Shown here piece after piece: positions 1 through 11,992 of a stretch of 64,000 nucleotides of DNA. Both the position numbers and the translations under genes were made by a program. The DNA comes from Seison nebaliae (Eukaryota). The DNA is taken from assembly GCA_023231475.1 (NCBI GenBank), contig JALJEE010000927.1, positions 1-64,000 of the forward strand, given 5' to 3'. The notes beneath the pieces are model-generated. The model worked only from the letters and a program-made list of their open reading frames with translations, was not told the origin of the DNA and ran no database searches. Each line of letters opens with the position of its first letter. The first letter of the stretch is position 1.

Positions 1-646
1 TGGATCGTTCCGGAAGTTCCTGAGGCAACGGATTGCTCGGAGTTTCAGATGGTGAATAGAAGAAAAATTAGGGATGGGAGAGCTTGAGAAATGATGACGA
101 GAGATGGAAGTGGAAGAAAAATGCGCAAGCATGGATAGTTGCTCGGTGAAAGGAAGAAGTCTACGTTCCATAGTGTAGGATACATGAAATACAGTCGTTT
201 GTTGATGTATAATACTAATAATAATTAATGTAACGCGGAATTCTGAACTTTTTAGTTATTACATTAATTATTAGTATTATTATTAATTAATTTAATAATT
301 GTTCAAACTTTGTTCAAACATCTGAGCTGCGAAGTGATGACATGTTGATAAATTTGTATTACAAGGAGATGCATGTATTATTTATGTAACGCGGTAGTGA
401 TTTGCTATTTTCCCCAACATTAGTTTTTCTAACAAAAACTTATGTACGTTCTCAAATGTTTCCATGTTTCACCAAATGGTTTCTATTATTATTTTGTCTT
501 TCTATAGTGTGTAAATCAATAACAATTTTTCATTTAGGTCATTTAGGGAACTGGAATTTGTTATTATTGTTAATAAATTGAAACTGAAATTTCATTAAAC
601 TTCATAACTTGAAATTAAAGGCTTTTAACAGCACGGAAAGAAAAAA

Positions 647-2929
647 ATGGAAGATATTCGGAGAGAATTGAAAGAAATAGATAATTCTATTTGGCATGCA
701 AAAATTTATCAGGAATTTGATGCAAGTTCCATTTGTTTATAAATAAAAGATAACCTTAATTTGACTATTAGTTGATACACTTCAATTGTTGCCTATCGGC
801 AAATATTTTAGTTCGGAATTGATGAATTTGAAACGAGTCGATTCCAATGAGATATTGTTAATGGAGGAAGATGATGATTCCAATGAAGAAGATGATGATG
901 ATGACGATGATGATGGAATTTTGGAATCGGAACAAATGACCATTAATGATTTGAATGTGGATGAGATCATTAGTGATGGGAAAGAAGTGCCAGTTTTAGA
1001 TAGAGATGGAAATGTCATTCCAATTCTTAAAGGAACAATTACCAGTAATCATTCGAAATATCTAAATAGTCTCAACAGTTCCAATTGGAAAGAACAAGAT
1101 CATTATCGAGTGTTGGGCTTAGATCAGTTGCGTTTCCGAGCAACCAATCAACAGATAAGGAAAGCCTGTTAGTCAGTTATGTAAAATTGTACGTTACTTA
1201 ATCTAAATAATTTCAGATCAAGTTCTTGTTCTTCAATGTCATCCGGATAAATTGGCGAAAAAAAAAATTTTCTTTTCCGTCTCCGAACATGATCGAGATG
1301 TTTTCGTTTGTATTTTTAAAGGTTTCCATTTCTCTTTTTTGAATGTTTGAAAGGAATGTATGTTGATAAAAAGCTTTTGAAATTTTAGGGAATGAAAAGA
1401 AGAAATTATCATTCGATAGTGTTGATCCGACATTTGATGATTATACGCCACCCATAAATATTTCTAATAAGAAAAATTTTTTTGAAACTTTTGGTTCATG
1501 TTTCGAACGAAATAGTCGATGGTCATTGATACAACCCGTACCAATTTTAGGTGATATCAATACGCTAATTCAGGAAGTGGAAAATTTTTATGATTTCTGG
1601 TTTTCATTTCAATCGTGGCGTGAATTCTCTTATCGAGATAAAGAAGATAAAGATACGGCGAGTGATCGAGAGGAACGTCGATGGCTTGACAAACAGAATA
1701 AAGCAGAAAGGCAAAAACTGAAGAAGAGTGAAATGGAAAGATTGAAAGGATTTGTTGGTTAGTTATATTTCTATTTGAAATTAATTTGGAATTTATAAAT
1801 ATGAAGAGAATGCTTATGAATGTGATCCACGAATCACTTTACATAAAGAGATGAAAAAGAAGAAAAAAGAAGATGAGAAGAAAATGAGACGAGAACAAAT
1901 CGCTAAAAAGAATGAAGAAGAACGATTAAAACGTGAACAAATTGAGAATGCGAAAAGAGAGGAAGAACGATTGAAATTAGAAGAGCAAAATCGGATTAAT
2001 CGATTAGAAAAGGAAAAACGAGATGAAGAAAAACGGAAATTGAAAGAAATTAAAAAGATATTGAGAGAGATTATCCAAGTTTTCAATAATATTCTCAATT
2101 GATTCCATAATATTTTTTTAGGATTGTAAGAACATTAATTTGTCTGCCAGTCAATGGAATGTTTTCTATCGAGGATTTAACGATTTATCGGAACGACTTC
2201 AACTCCACGAATTGGAGATATTACGAGAAGAAATTAATTCGAAAGATTCGAATAAAATTTATGAAATAATAAATCTTCAAGTTTAATAATATTCAATGAA
2301 ATAATATCTAATAATTTTCGTATCAGGTAAAAATGATGCAAACAAAGGATCAAAATGAATTGAAAGAGAAAGTGAAAAGTCTGACGATTGATAATCAAAC
2401 GAAACAAAAAAATATCGATGCTCCTTATAATTGGAATGAAGAAGAAACATCACTTCTCGTTCATGCCATTCAATTGATACCAGGAGGAACAAGAGATCGT
2501 TGGAATGAAATCCGAAAATTTATGGAGGAACATTCAAAAGGGAAAATTATAATTTCTGCTAATCAAATTATTAAACGTGCTAAAGAACTGAAAGCGATGC
2601 CAATTGAAGAACGACGACGAATTAATGAAAATGCTGTAAAGAAAGTTGCTCAATTGAGTGAGACGCGAACAGCAGCACATGGACGAACAATAGCTGAAGA
2701 AGAGAATAGAATGGTTACACCTCAAGAAATTGCAGCAGAAGTCGTATGGACGACGGACGAACAAAAAGTTTTCCAACAAGCATTACGTACATATCCCACT
2801 ACTACTCCGGAACGATGGGAAAAGATTGCTGCTGAACTACCAAATAAATCGAAGCAACAATGTCTTTTACGTTTTAAACATATTGCTGAGATGTTGGCAT
2901 CGAGGAAACGTGTGTTAAATAAGAAATAA
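647..2929 (+). CDS. DNAJC2: DnaJ homolog subfamily C member 2 (zuotin/MPP11/ZRF1), 7 exons
   Basis: Splicing six short introns (e.g. 1168-1216, 1322-1373) gives WKEQDHYRVLGL...CHPDK (J domain), FYDFWFSFQSWREFSY (zuotin middle domain), a charged region and two C-terminal SANT domains (WNEEE...RW; WTTDEQ...ERWEKIA). Confidence 0.95.
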
Positions 2930-3033
2930 ATTATTCATGATGAAAGTGAAATTGAAGAAATAAATAAATTTTTTTCTTTTAATATAGGCAAAAATTTGGA
3001 GAGTAATTATAAAAAGAGAAATGATTGAGATTT

Positions 3034-3609
3034 CTAATGTTTCTCTTTGTCGTTGAAGAGATTAGGATAATGTTTACGTGGATTTGGATCAATTGATTGT
3101 TCGTAAGATGGTGGTGGTGGCATATTAGCGTTATTAGGATATTGTTGATTATGTCCATAATTTTGTACATTTGGGTAAGGTTGTTGTTGAGTGTAATTTT
3201 GTTGAACATTACCATATTGTGAATTGGGAGGATAATGTGGATTGGCTGATGGCATATCCTGAATATTCCTATCAATGACTTGAGGATACATTCCTGGTTG
3301 ATTTGGTTGTTGACTTTGGGGATACATTCCCGGTTGATTTGGTTGTTGACTTTGGGGATACATTCCTGGTTGATTTGGAGAATTTTGAACCACCATAATT
3401 GGTGGATGTGCCACTTCTCCATAGGGACCACGTTTCTTTGTCGGACAACATACAATGACACAAATGGCATGGATAATTCCAGGGAAGTAACCCAAAAACG
3501 TGAGACATAAATTGATCCAGACGTTAATGTTACACGAATCTTCACCTAGATACACACCAAGTGGTGGAATACACACTGCGATTACAACCGCCACGCATTT
3601 ATTCACCAT
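3034..3609 (-). CDS. Pmp3/UPF0057 small membrane proteolipid with a long Pro/Gln/Tyr-rich C-terminal tail
   Basis: Intronless ORF. The N-terminus IAVCIPPLGVYLGEDSC...INLCLTFLGYFPGIIHAI matches the Pmp3 family signature. Confidence 0.85.
   Translation of the reverse strand: MVNKCVAVVIAVCIPPLGVYLGEDSCNINVWINLCLTFLGYFPGIIHAICVIVCCPTKKRGPYGEVAHPPIMVVQNSPNQPGMYPQSQQPNQPGMYPQSQQPNQPGMYPQVIDRNIQDMPSANPHYPPNSQYGNVQQNYTQQQPYPNVQNYGHNQQYPNNANMPPPPSYEQSIDPNPRKHYPNLFNDKEKH
3281..3378 (-). repeat. Coding tandem repeat, 36-nt unit x about 2.7 (NQPGMYPQSQQP)
   Basis: Near-perfect direct repeats of ggatacattcc(t/c)ggttgatttggttgttgactttgg. Confidence 0.9.
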
Positions 3610-5808
3610 ATTATCTACTCAATCAATATGACGATCAATCTATTCGAATTAAAAATTTATAAGGAGTTTAATATATCAATGAATGACAATTTTAGAAAAG
3701 GATTATGAAAACTCACAATCAGTTTCTTTTTATCCTTATAAACTGCACAAAATATAATTTTTATCTAATGTTATTCATAATTATTTTGATTATTCTCCAC
3801 TATTTTTGGAACAGTGAATGAAAATGACATTTTCTCATTTTTTCATTAACTCAACGATTAATTCAAGAACCTTTTTAAAAAATTAGCTTTCGAACAACTG
3901 CAGTTTGTTACATCTTCACCATCATTATACCTATTTTTATTTCTCACCAAAATATTTTTTATTTTAACAGTTTACTCTTACTACGATAATATCGAATATT
4001 TATAACTATTGTATTTTCTCCTTTACTAATAATGTAAGTAATCGAAACAGACTATCGATCTTTTTAATGTCATTACTACGTCTGATTTCTCCCGTATAAT
4101 TTCCTTCCACTTTATCTCATGCTCTTCTATTTTTCCCGTTGTGCCTTTCAATGTAAGTTTGGAAAGTATCTTTACGTCATTAATGGTGCTGATTACAATA
4201 AAAATAAAAAATTGTAAATTACAACATCTAAATGACAAGAGGAATAAAATCTCATTGTTAAACAATGTCAGAAAAAGAATCGGAAGAAATTCTGCTTATC
4301 GGTTAGATCTGATTATCGTTCTTTTCGGACTTCCTTGGTATTTTCTCATCCTTGGTTCACATTGTGGTAATTTCCGCTCTAACTTCTCTTCCTTGTCTGT
4401 TTCGAAATTAGATTCGCTTATTTTCAATCCCCTTCCCATTCTTAATAGATCTTGTATCGTTATCCTTACGGAAAACTTTTTTTGTACATTATCACTTTTT
4501 ATCGATTAGTTGGAAGTTTTAGAAAATTATTATCGCGATAGTTATGACGATTTTATCATTTTTCAACAATTATTATTTGCTTGCTATCTCTGTCTATCCT
4601 CCGGTCCTTCTGCGTTTAATTTTGTTCGGGAAGGCTTTTGTTAGTTTTTTTATTTTATTGACAACGTATTTCACTCCCTCAACTTCCTGACGTTCATTAC
4701 CTCCGGACGAGGTTTCATTAGCTCTACCAGCTACCTAGGTGTGGTCTTCAAAAATTTGACGTGCATGCCCCTAAAGAGTTTCATCATTGCGGAATTTGAG
4801 ACACTTTTATTACGAAACCAGGAGACAATATTTATGTGAAAGAAGCAGAAATGAAACAGTTCTGTAAAAATTGTAGAAGATGGAAACTAGGAAAAAGAGC
4901 ATTGGTGAAAATTTCATTTATGAAATACAGAGAATGCTCATCTATTTCAGCTTAAAACTCTTATTCGATGATCCATCGAAATCTAATCAAACAAGATTGA
5001 ATTAATATTCAGTTGAAAAAATTTAATTTAAAATTTTTGACGAAAAAAATATCAAAACATTTAAAAAGCCAATACTGAGAAGGTTGAGCATATTTCTTTT
5101 CCAGTGTCTTCCATTAAACATACGTTATTGTAGGAGAAACTCTCATAATGCCATTATAAGATGAATGGAGAAATATCTTATATATAGAAATATATAAGAA
5201 AATCCGGGATGCATTCTTCTACAAAATTATTTACATGGAGAATAATCTTCGTGTGGTTTTTTAGTATCCTCGAAAGAGTCAAAAATAGTATTTAACGAGC
5301 ATGAAACGGTTTTTTTAAGTCGAGAGACCGAACCTTTCGATCATTAGAAGACCAAAAATCAATAAGATCAATCGAAATAATATTTCGTTATCTCTCAATT
5401 GAGAATTGCCAATCGATGAATCGAATTGCGTGAACGACGACACTGAAATGTCCATTTTTGCCAGGATATACACAGAAAATTATGATATTCAAACATTGGA
5501 ACTATGAAAGGCGATACCGGTGGTTAAGATATATCCAACTGTTTAAATTCGGTAAAATAACTGTAATACATGTTCCAACATCTATGTCGAAGAAAATCAT
5601 AAGAACGACCTCTGAGGATTATTGAAAGTACTATCATATTCGTATATCAAAGAACCAACTTCGTATAATGAAATTATAAGTTCGTACATGGAAAATTCAA
5701 GTTATTTGATTGAATAGATTAATTCGTAAAGTATTCCCCACGAAAAAACAAATTTAAAATATAATTGAATTATTTCAGATTAAATAAATATCTCACAATT
5801 TCGATAAA

Positions 5809-6323
5809 TCACGAAGCCATAAACGGATCATAAGGTGCGTAAAAATGGTAACAAAAATGGTAGAAAAATAAAAACCAAAGCAAACCCATCGCAATTATAC
5901 CAAAGATATTATATATTAGATAGGTCGCTAAAGCGTATCTTAATGATCTTATATCTAAATTATTTCTTGCTACCAAAACTTGAGATCGTCCCATTATAGT
6001 TTTAAAATTTGTAAGTACACTTCCAACTACGCTTTGAACATTATGCACTTTGTTTCCCCATTCTTCTATTTCTTGATTTAAAGTGTTGAAATCTAATCAA
6101 TTTATACGAATAAACATTATTATCTAAAGTTATCTAACTTGAACCATTTTCGGTACGGTTCAGTACATCTATTTTCAAGAGAACTGATTATACTATTTTA
6201 AGAAAGATTAACATTGTACATCATTAAACTGTATCCATTTGCTATCAATTTCTAGGAGATAAAGAATATAAAGGAACTACTTTAAATTAAATGTAAACTT
6301 TCAGCTTCATTTATAATAGCCAT
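5809..6323 (-). CDS. Uncharacterised ~125-aa protein with a C-terminal transmembrane segment, 4 exons
   Basis: Three GTT...AG introns (6252-6298, 6169-6212, 6093-6138) join MAIINEAEK...TLNQEIEEWGNKVHNVQ to the ORF ending YLIYNIFGIIAMGLLWFLFFY...AS*. Confidence 0.7.
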
Positions 6324-6490
6324 TACTAAACAAATTTTCAATTGTATTGAAACATATAATTATAACATAATCTCTAATAAAATACTATACTGCTAAAATC
6401 TCGATTAACATATTCATTAATATCGTTCTCGGTTAACCAATGTTGAAGTACTACAAAATAAGATTCTTAGAAAAATAAGTCGATTGAAAA

Positions 6491-6916
6491 TTAACAAGAC
6501 GTAAAGTATTTCATATAGTTTTTTCCTTCTTCAAAACCTTTTATGAGGGGTGTTGGATCTCCAGGTTGCAGTAAAAATTGAATAGGTCCGTTACAATTGG
6601 GACATGGATAACGAGTGACTGATTTACTCGATGGTAATGTCATATTAGACCGATGTGCCACCCAATTTTGTATACATTTAAAACAAAATTTGTGCTGACA
6701 TGGACTTATTTCAAGTAAATCATTTGGATCTTCACTTATTGTCGCCCGGCAAATACTACAAATATCTTCCTTACTAAATGACGATACTTTCCCACATATC
6801 AATTGTTCCTTAGTATTTTCTTCAAAGTATTTAAAACCTATTAGTATGAAATTTTCATTAAATGATTTTTATTGATAATGAAAATTAACTCTCTTTAATA
6901 GAGCGATCCAATTTAT
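6491..6916 (-). CDS. Small C3HC4 RING finger protein (5' end uncertain)
   Basis: CSIC-x14-CQHKFCFKC-x21-CPNC. An upstream exon is joined by a GTTA...TAG intron; the start codon is not resolved. Confidence 0.75.
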
Positions 6917-8427
6917 CTACAAAAATTCGAAATATGATTATTAGTTATTACCCTTATTAGAAGTTAGAAGGATAGTAATTGGAACTATTACATACCACTA
7001 TTAAATGGTATAATATATATAATACACATCATGCTACCCTCGACTTTTATATACATTTAATCATTTTTTTCTTTAGTCGTACATTTAGTCCAACATTTTA
7101 TATATTGGCCAATCACAATTATTTTTTTTTATGGAAGATTTATTGACGGAAGATTACACACATTAATTCATGATTTAAACTTACAATACTGTCTTATTTA
7201 TACGTCTGTTAATTTTGTACAAAATGATCTTTTGTACCAGTTAGTTGATAATTATTAAACAACCAACTATGTAGAAGTTGAAGTAAATATCTGTTTGCAT
7301 TTAATTTTTTTAGGTATGAATTTTTACAATTTTGCTCTATATCATTGACACGTTGGTAAACGTTAATGCTAGTTCGAAGACGGTGAGGAAAACTATCCCG
7401 AACAGAACGTACTAGACCTATTTAACCTCAAAGAATTAATCAATTTGAAGACAGATACTAACTTTCGCAATCAAATGTTACATCTAAAGATGTTTATTTA
7501 AAAATGATTGTTATTCAACATTATTATAAATACAATAATTCTAACTGATTGACTCCGATGATAAAATTGTGACTAGGAAGAACAATGACAATTGAAGTAC
7601 ATTCATATCAGCAATTAGATTGTGAAAATAAAAGGAACTTGGTGAAATTACAAAGGTGTAATAAACGGAGAAACAAGAATGGAAATGAAAAAATAAATGT
7701 ATAAAATAAATATTTTATCTAATTCTATACTCTTTATATATACTTTTAGTATAATTCAAATTTATTCAATCAAGTTAAGTCATATTTCAGTCTAATTCAT
7801 AAAATCTCTATGGATACTAATCAGGTACCTCAGATTGAATTTGCTCTGCCAATCTAAGATCGCTTTTGTTTTTAAATATTTTGCTATTTTACTTATTATG
7901 AACGATATAGTCGATCGAATATTGAATGAATATGTCATTCTTCTGCTTCCGGGTTGGTAGATGAAAGGATAAACGGTATCGTCTTATGCCATCCTGTTTC
8001 TATGATTCCCATATCTTATTCTTAAAATTTTTGAACAAAATTCTTTAATTTAGAGTATTCTTCATATTATGTTTAGAAAGCAACATAGTTTAGATATTAT
8101 TTTTTAAGACTTTTTGAAATTCATCTTACAATTACAAATCTTGTTAGTTGATAAAGCGGTAATGTCGATATTTATGCGGTGCGAAATCAGATCAGAACAG
8201 ATTCATGTTATGGATTCTTGAAAAAAATATAAACGTTGGAAAATCATTCGGTGAATGATGAAGTATGAATATTTTCTGATTCCGTTGAGATATAAATAAA
8301 TGAGCTATAATCTTTGACCAACAGGAACAACAACAGATAGAAATAAAAAATGGTTTCCCTCTTCAGTTATATTTTCAATAAAGTCAAATATCTCCCGACA
8401 AATGGTGCTACATACAAAATGGTTGAG

Positions 8428-8586
8428 ACATACCGTTAACGTTCAAATCTCCTTACAGGAAACCACATTGGAATATGAAGTTGACTCAATTTTGAGGCAG
8501 GATAAGAAATAGGTAAATTATTATAAATATTATGCAGAATTAAAATATGATTTCTTAAATTATTTTTTACCGATACCTGGTTAGAA
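8428..8586 (+). mobile_element. Possible degenerate Ty3/gypsy integrase C-terminus/chromodomain remnant
   Basis: RHTVNVQISL...EYEVDSIL followed by a stop, then a frameshifted DTWLE. This resembles the chromodomain EYEVE.I...TWE pattern. Confidence 0.3.
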
Positions 8587-8783
8587 GTAAAATTATTCTT
8601 AAATCGTTCAAACTAAAAATCTTAGATTTTGCGCTCAATATTAAATCGAAATTTTGCGCTATTATTGAGTTGTATAAAGGAAACACTCAATTTTCATTAT
8701 TCCAATTTTTGAATTATTAAAAATTTTGATTTTTTGTGATCTCACCCAAATTGCACAAATATTTCTTACCTTCCAAACGTAAG

Positions 8784-9308
8784 ATGTTTAAATTGTTTAA
8801 TATTGTATTGATTTCTCTTTTCTTGATTTTCGGAGTAAATGGTCGGCCGAGCGAACGTTTTTTGGCGAAACAAACCAGAGCTCTTGTGCATACTTTCGTT
8901 GATAAAGTTCTTTCCACACGCGATACAGGAATAGTAGTTGAGGAGAACGATAGCGACGATGATGATAACAATAAGGATTATACAACAGTTGATGAGATTT
9001 CTGATGGTAACCATTCCTTTCAGTTAAAAGAAGAAGAAAAGGCCGATCAGGACGATATGGAGGAAATTCAAAGTGTAAATCGATTTTCTCATGAGGATAA
9101 TAGAGGTCAAGATCATAAGAATTCTGACGAGAAAGACCAATATGATAAGAATCAGGATGATAAGAATCAAGATTATGAACAGAAGAAACATGGCAAGGGT
9201 GGTAAGCATTCGAACGATTTTAAGAAAACGAAGAAAGTCAATGGAAAAAACGGAAAAGAGGTCATTGATGTCGACATCGATATAAAGGACGAAGATGATA
9301 AACTTTAA
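8784..9308 (+). CDS. Secreted acidic/lysine-rich low-complexity protein of unknown function
   Basis: Signal peptide MFKLFNIVLISLFLIFGVNG, D/E-rich body with DKNQ repeats, intronless. Confidence 0.75.
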   Translation: MFKLFNIVLISLFLIFGVNGRPSERFLAKQTRALVHTFVDKVLSTRDTGIVVEENDSDDDDNNKDYTTVDEISDGNHSFQLKEEEKADQDDMEEIQSVNRFSHEDNRGQDHKNSDEKDQYDKNQDDKNQDYEQKKHGKGGKHSNDFKKTKKVNGKNGKEVIDVDIDIKDEDDKL

Positions 9309-9787
9309 ATACTCACAATAATCCTTACCAGGAACCGGAAAAATATTAAAAACTTATATTTCTTGCGATTGAAAATGAATTTTGAGTTAAATCGTCTTCC
9401 ATTTAACATTTAAAATGAATCGAACATCATTGATTATATTTCCTCTTATTTTCTCCAATCATCTTCATTTTTCAATTGACGAATAATTTCGATTACTTAA
9501 AATGAATTACGAATTATGAAATCTATTAATCTAATATGATATCTGAGTTGTGAGATATCTTCTTTTTGAAATTGATCCGGTGCCGATTATTTATAAGAAA
9601 AAATCAAACATTGATTTTCTGGATGATTTGTTTGGATTCAATTTTTCTCAGTTTGTCACCACGACAACTGAGTTAAAATTAAAATGAGAAAATTATTTCA
9701 AGAAAAACAAAAAATTCAAATATGATTTTCAAGCTCCCCATTTGATTATAAAATAAATAATTGTTTTATAAAAATTATTAAAATATC

Positions 9788-10369
9788 ATGACATCTATTA
9801 GATCATTGATAAAATGTCAACGTTATGTTAATCGAAATCCGAGAAATGCAGAATTGTTAAATCTTATCGATCGTCATGGGAAGTTAGGTTGGCAATTGAA
9901 TAAAAATCGTCCGTATCTTACAAATTCATACGAATGTCATCTAATTAACCATAAGAATTATTTAACAGCTAAACTATTTGGTTGTGGTGATAAAACAGAT
10001 CCAATAATTATTGCATCAACAAATGAAGGATTGTTAGAAGATGTCATGTATTCAAAATCAGATCGAATTGCAGCAAAAATATTGGGAGATGTTTTTTCAT
10101 ATCGATTAGTACGTTCCGGTTTCTCCATCATTCATGTAAATACAGATGACATCCAATTGATGGAGAAATCGACACGTTATTTCAATTTTTATAATGCAAT
10201 AGAAGAGAATGGAATAGAATTATTAAAATCTTTTCATCAGGAAGAGAAGCGTGCAGCGGATCGTGCAATCGATGAAGAAATTGGAATTGATTATGATTCA
10301 AATCGAACCGTTTTCCAACATATTAATTATTCGAAACCTTTTGTTGCAATTCCTAAAAAAACTTTGTAA
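9788..10369 (+). CDS. MRPL18: Mitochondrial ribosomal protein L18 (uL18m)
   Basis: YVNRNPRNAELL...GWQL...IASTNE...SKSDRIAAKILGDVFSYR...SG, typical MRPL18 motifs. Confidence 0.88.
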   Translation: MTSIRSLIKCQRYVNRNPRNAELLNLIDRHGKLGWQLNKNRPYLTNSYECHLINHKNYLTAKLFGCGDKTDPIIIASTNEGLLEDVMYSKSDRIAAKILGDVFSYRLVRSGFSIIHVNTDDIQLMEKSTRYFNFYNAIEENGIELLKSFHQEEKRAADRAIDEEIGIDYDSNRTVFQHINYSKPFVAIPKKTL

Positions 10370-10627
10370 ATTATTCTTTTAATTCGAATGAAAAAATCTT
10401 TAGAATTTTTTGAGAGATGTTGTGAAATTTTTTCTTACGCAATTTTATGATGTTGAGCCATCCTTATGTTATTTATATAAATCGAATAAATTTTCCTAAT
10501 AATAATTTTTTTTAAACCAACTATTTTTTTTTGTTAATGTGAAATATTGTGGTGAAGTAATTAACAATTTTTATCATAAAAATTACAATGGAAATTTTCT
10601 CCAATAGATAAATTTTGTTTTAGAAAA

Positions 10628-11804
10628 ATGATGAAAGAGAATATTTTTGAGAAAATTTCTATGATAAAGAAATTATTAATAGAATATAATACGGTTAATA
10701 ATCAATCGGAAACGAGTCAGGAAAAAATGGAGGAAGTAGGAGAATGTGAAGTTGTCGATTTAAATTGTTTCAGTTGTGGGAAATGTTCCAAAACTTTTTC
10801 AACGGTTGAAGAACAAAGAAATCATTTCAAATTGGAAGAACATCAAAATAAACTGAAAATGTTGCATGAGAATGTTGAGAAGAATGGGGAAAAAGAAATG
10901 ATTGAAATTGATGATGAAATGTATAATAATGATTTACCATATCGACGGATACGTTTGAAATATTCAGAAAAGGAAGAGAAATTCTTGACAATTCAGACTG
11001 ATTTAATTAAACCGAAATGTAGAGATTCGACAATTGTTAGAATTTTTCATAATTTCACTAAAATAAGAAATTTTAAAGAATACTCAATCATTTATCAGTT
11101 TTTTGGAACGATCATCTTTGAATGAAAATTCCATTATGATGTCGATCTTAAATGAATTTTCCACGAACATTCCGATGGAGTTGAGGAGGAAGTGGTGTAA
11201 AAAATTTGAAGAAATCAAACCGATTCCATTTCCACTCAAATCTCTAAAATATTTTGTCTCTTATATTTTGTATAGTGGCGGCTATTTTGCTACGGCGATT
11301 TATTTCAAGTTCTTCTAACATTTTATTCAATTCAACTCTATTTCTTTCTCATAGAAATGAAATGATACAACATAAAACTTTTCATGCTTATGCCATTAGA
11401 TGTAAAAGCGGGAAAATGCAATCTACGTACGACAGTAAGAATCAAATGGGGAAAAGTTGCGGTTCCCAAATACGACGATTGAATGCCAAACATTTATTTG
11501 AAGTTAACGAAATTATTTTTTTACATTTATTATTTTATTATTATTAGAAAATTTGTGAGTTGTTAAGTGATTGGAAGAAATTTTATTTATTATCTGAATA
11601 CGTTTTCCATAATGTTCTTAAGAAGGATATTAATACTGTTATGTCATCATTAAATAATGATATTTATCGGTTAGTCTCTTTCTTTTTCCTTCTTTATTTC
11701 TTATTCTAATCAGATTTGTTCACATTCCAATTGAAACATTTCGTCCCAATTTAAACGAAATTAAAAGAATTCATTCCCAAATGTTCGCTTTCCAAATTAC
11801 TTAA
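10628..11804 (+). CDS. ANKZF1: ANKZF1/Vms1-like protein (C2H2 finger plus VLRF1 domain only), 5 exons
   Basis: CGKC...QRNHFKLEEH finger; SGGYFATAIY...HKTFHAYAIRCKSGKMQSTYD...KSCGSQIRRLN...IPIETFRPNLNEIKRIH; stop at 11802-11804. Confidence 0.85.
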
Positions 11805-11992
11805 CAACAATTTTTTTCTTTGTTCATCATTCAAATTTTTATTAAATTATTCTCATGCGGAAATTATTAAATATTTTATGGAATTAACAAATAGACTAAA
11901 TTTAAAAAATAAAAAATAAATTGTCAATGTGAATGAGATAAATTGTGAGAATTCAAAATTTTTTATAAGTTAAGCTCGATTGGTTGAATGGA

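Noticed and set aside
3281..3378. 36-nt repeats as a CRISPR-like array
   Set aside because: Head-to-tail coding repeats with no spacers, in a eukaryotic gene.
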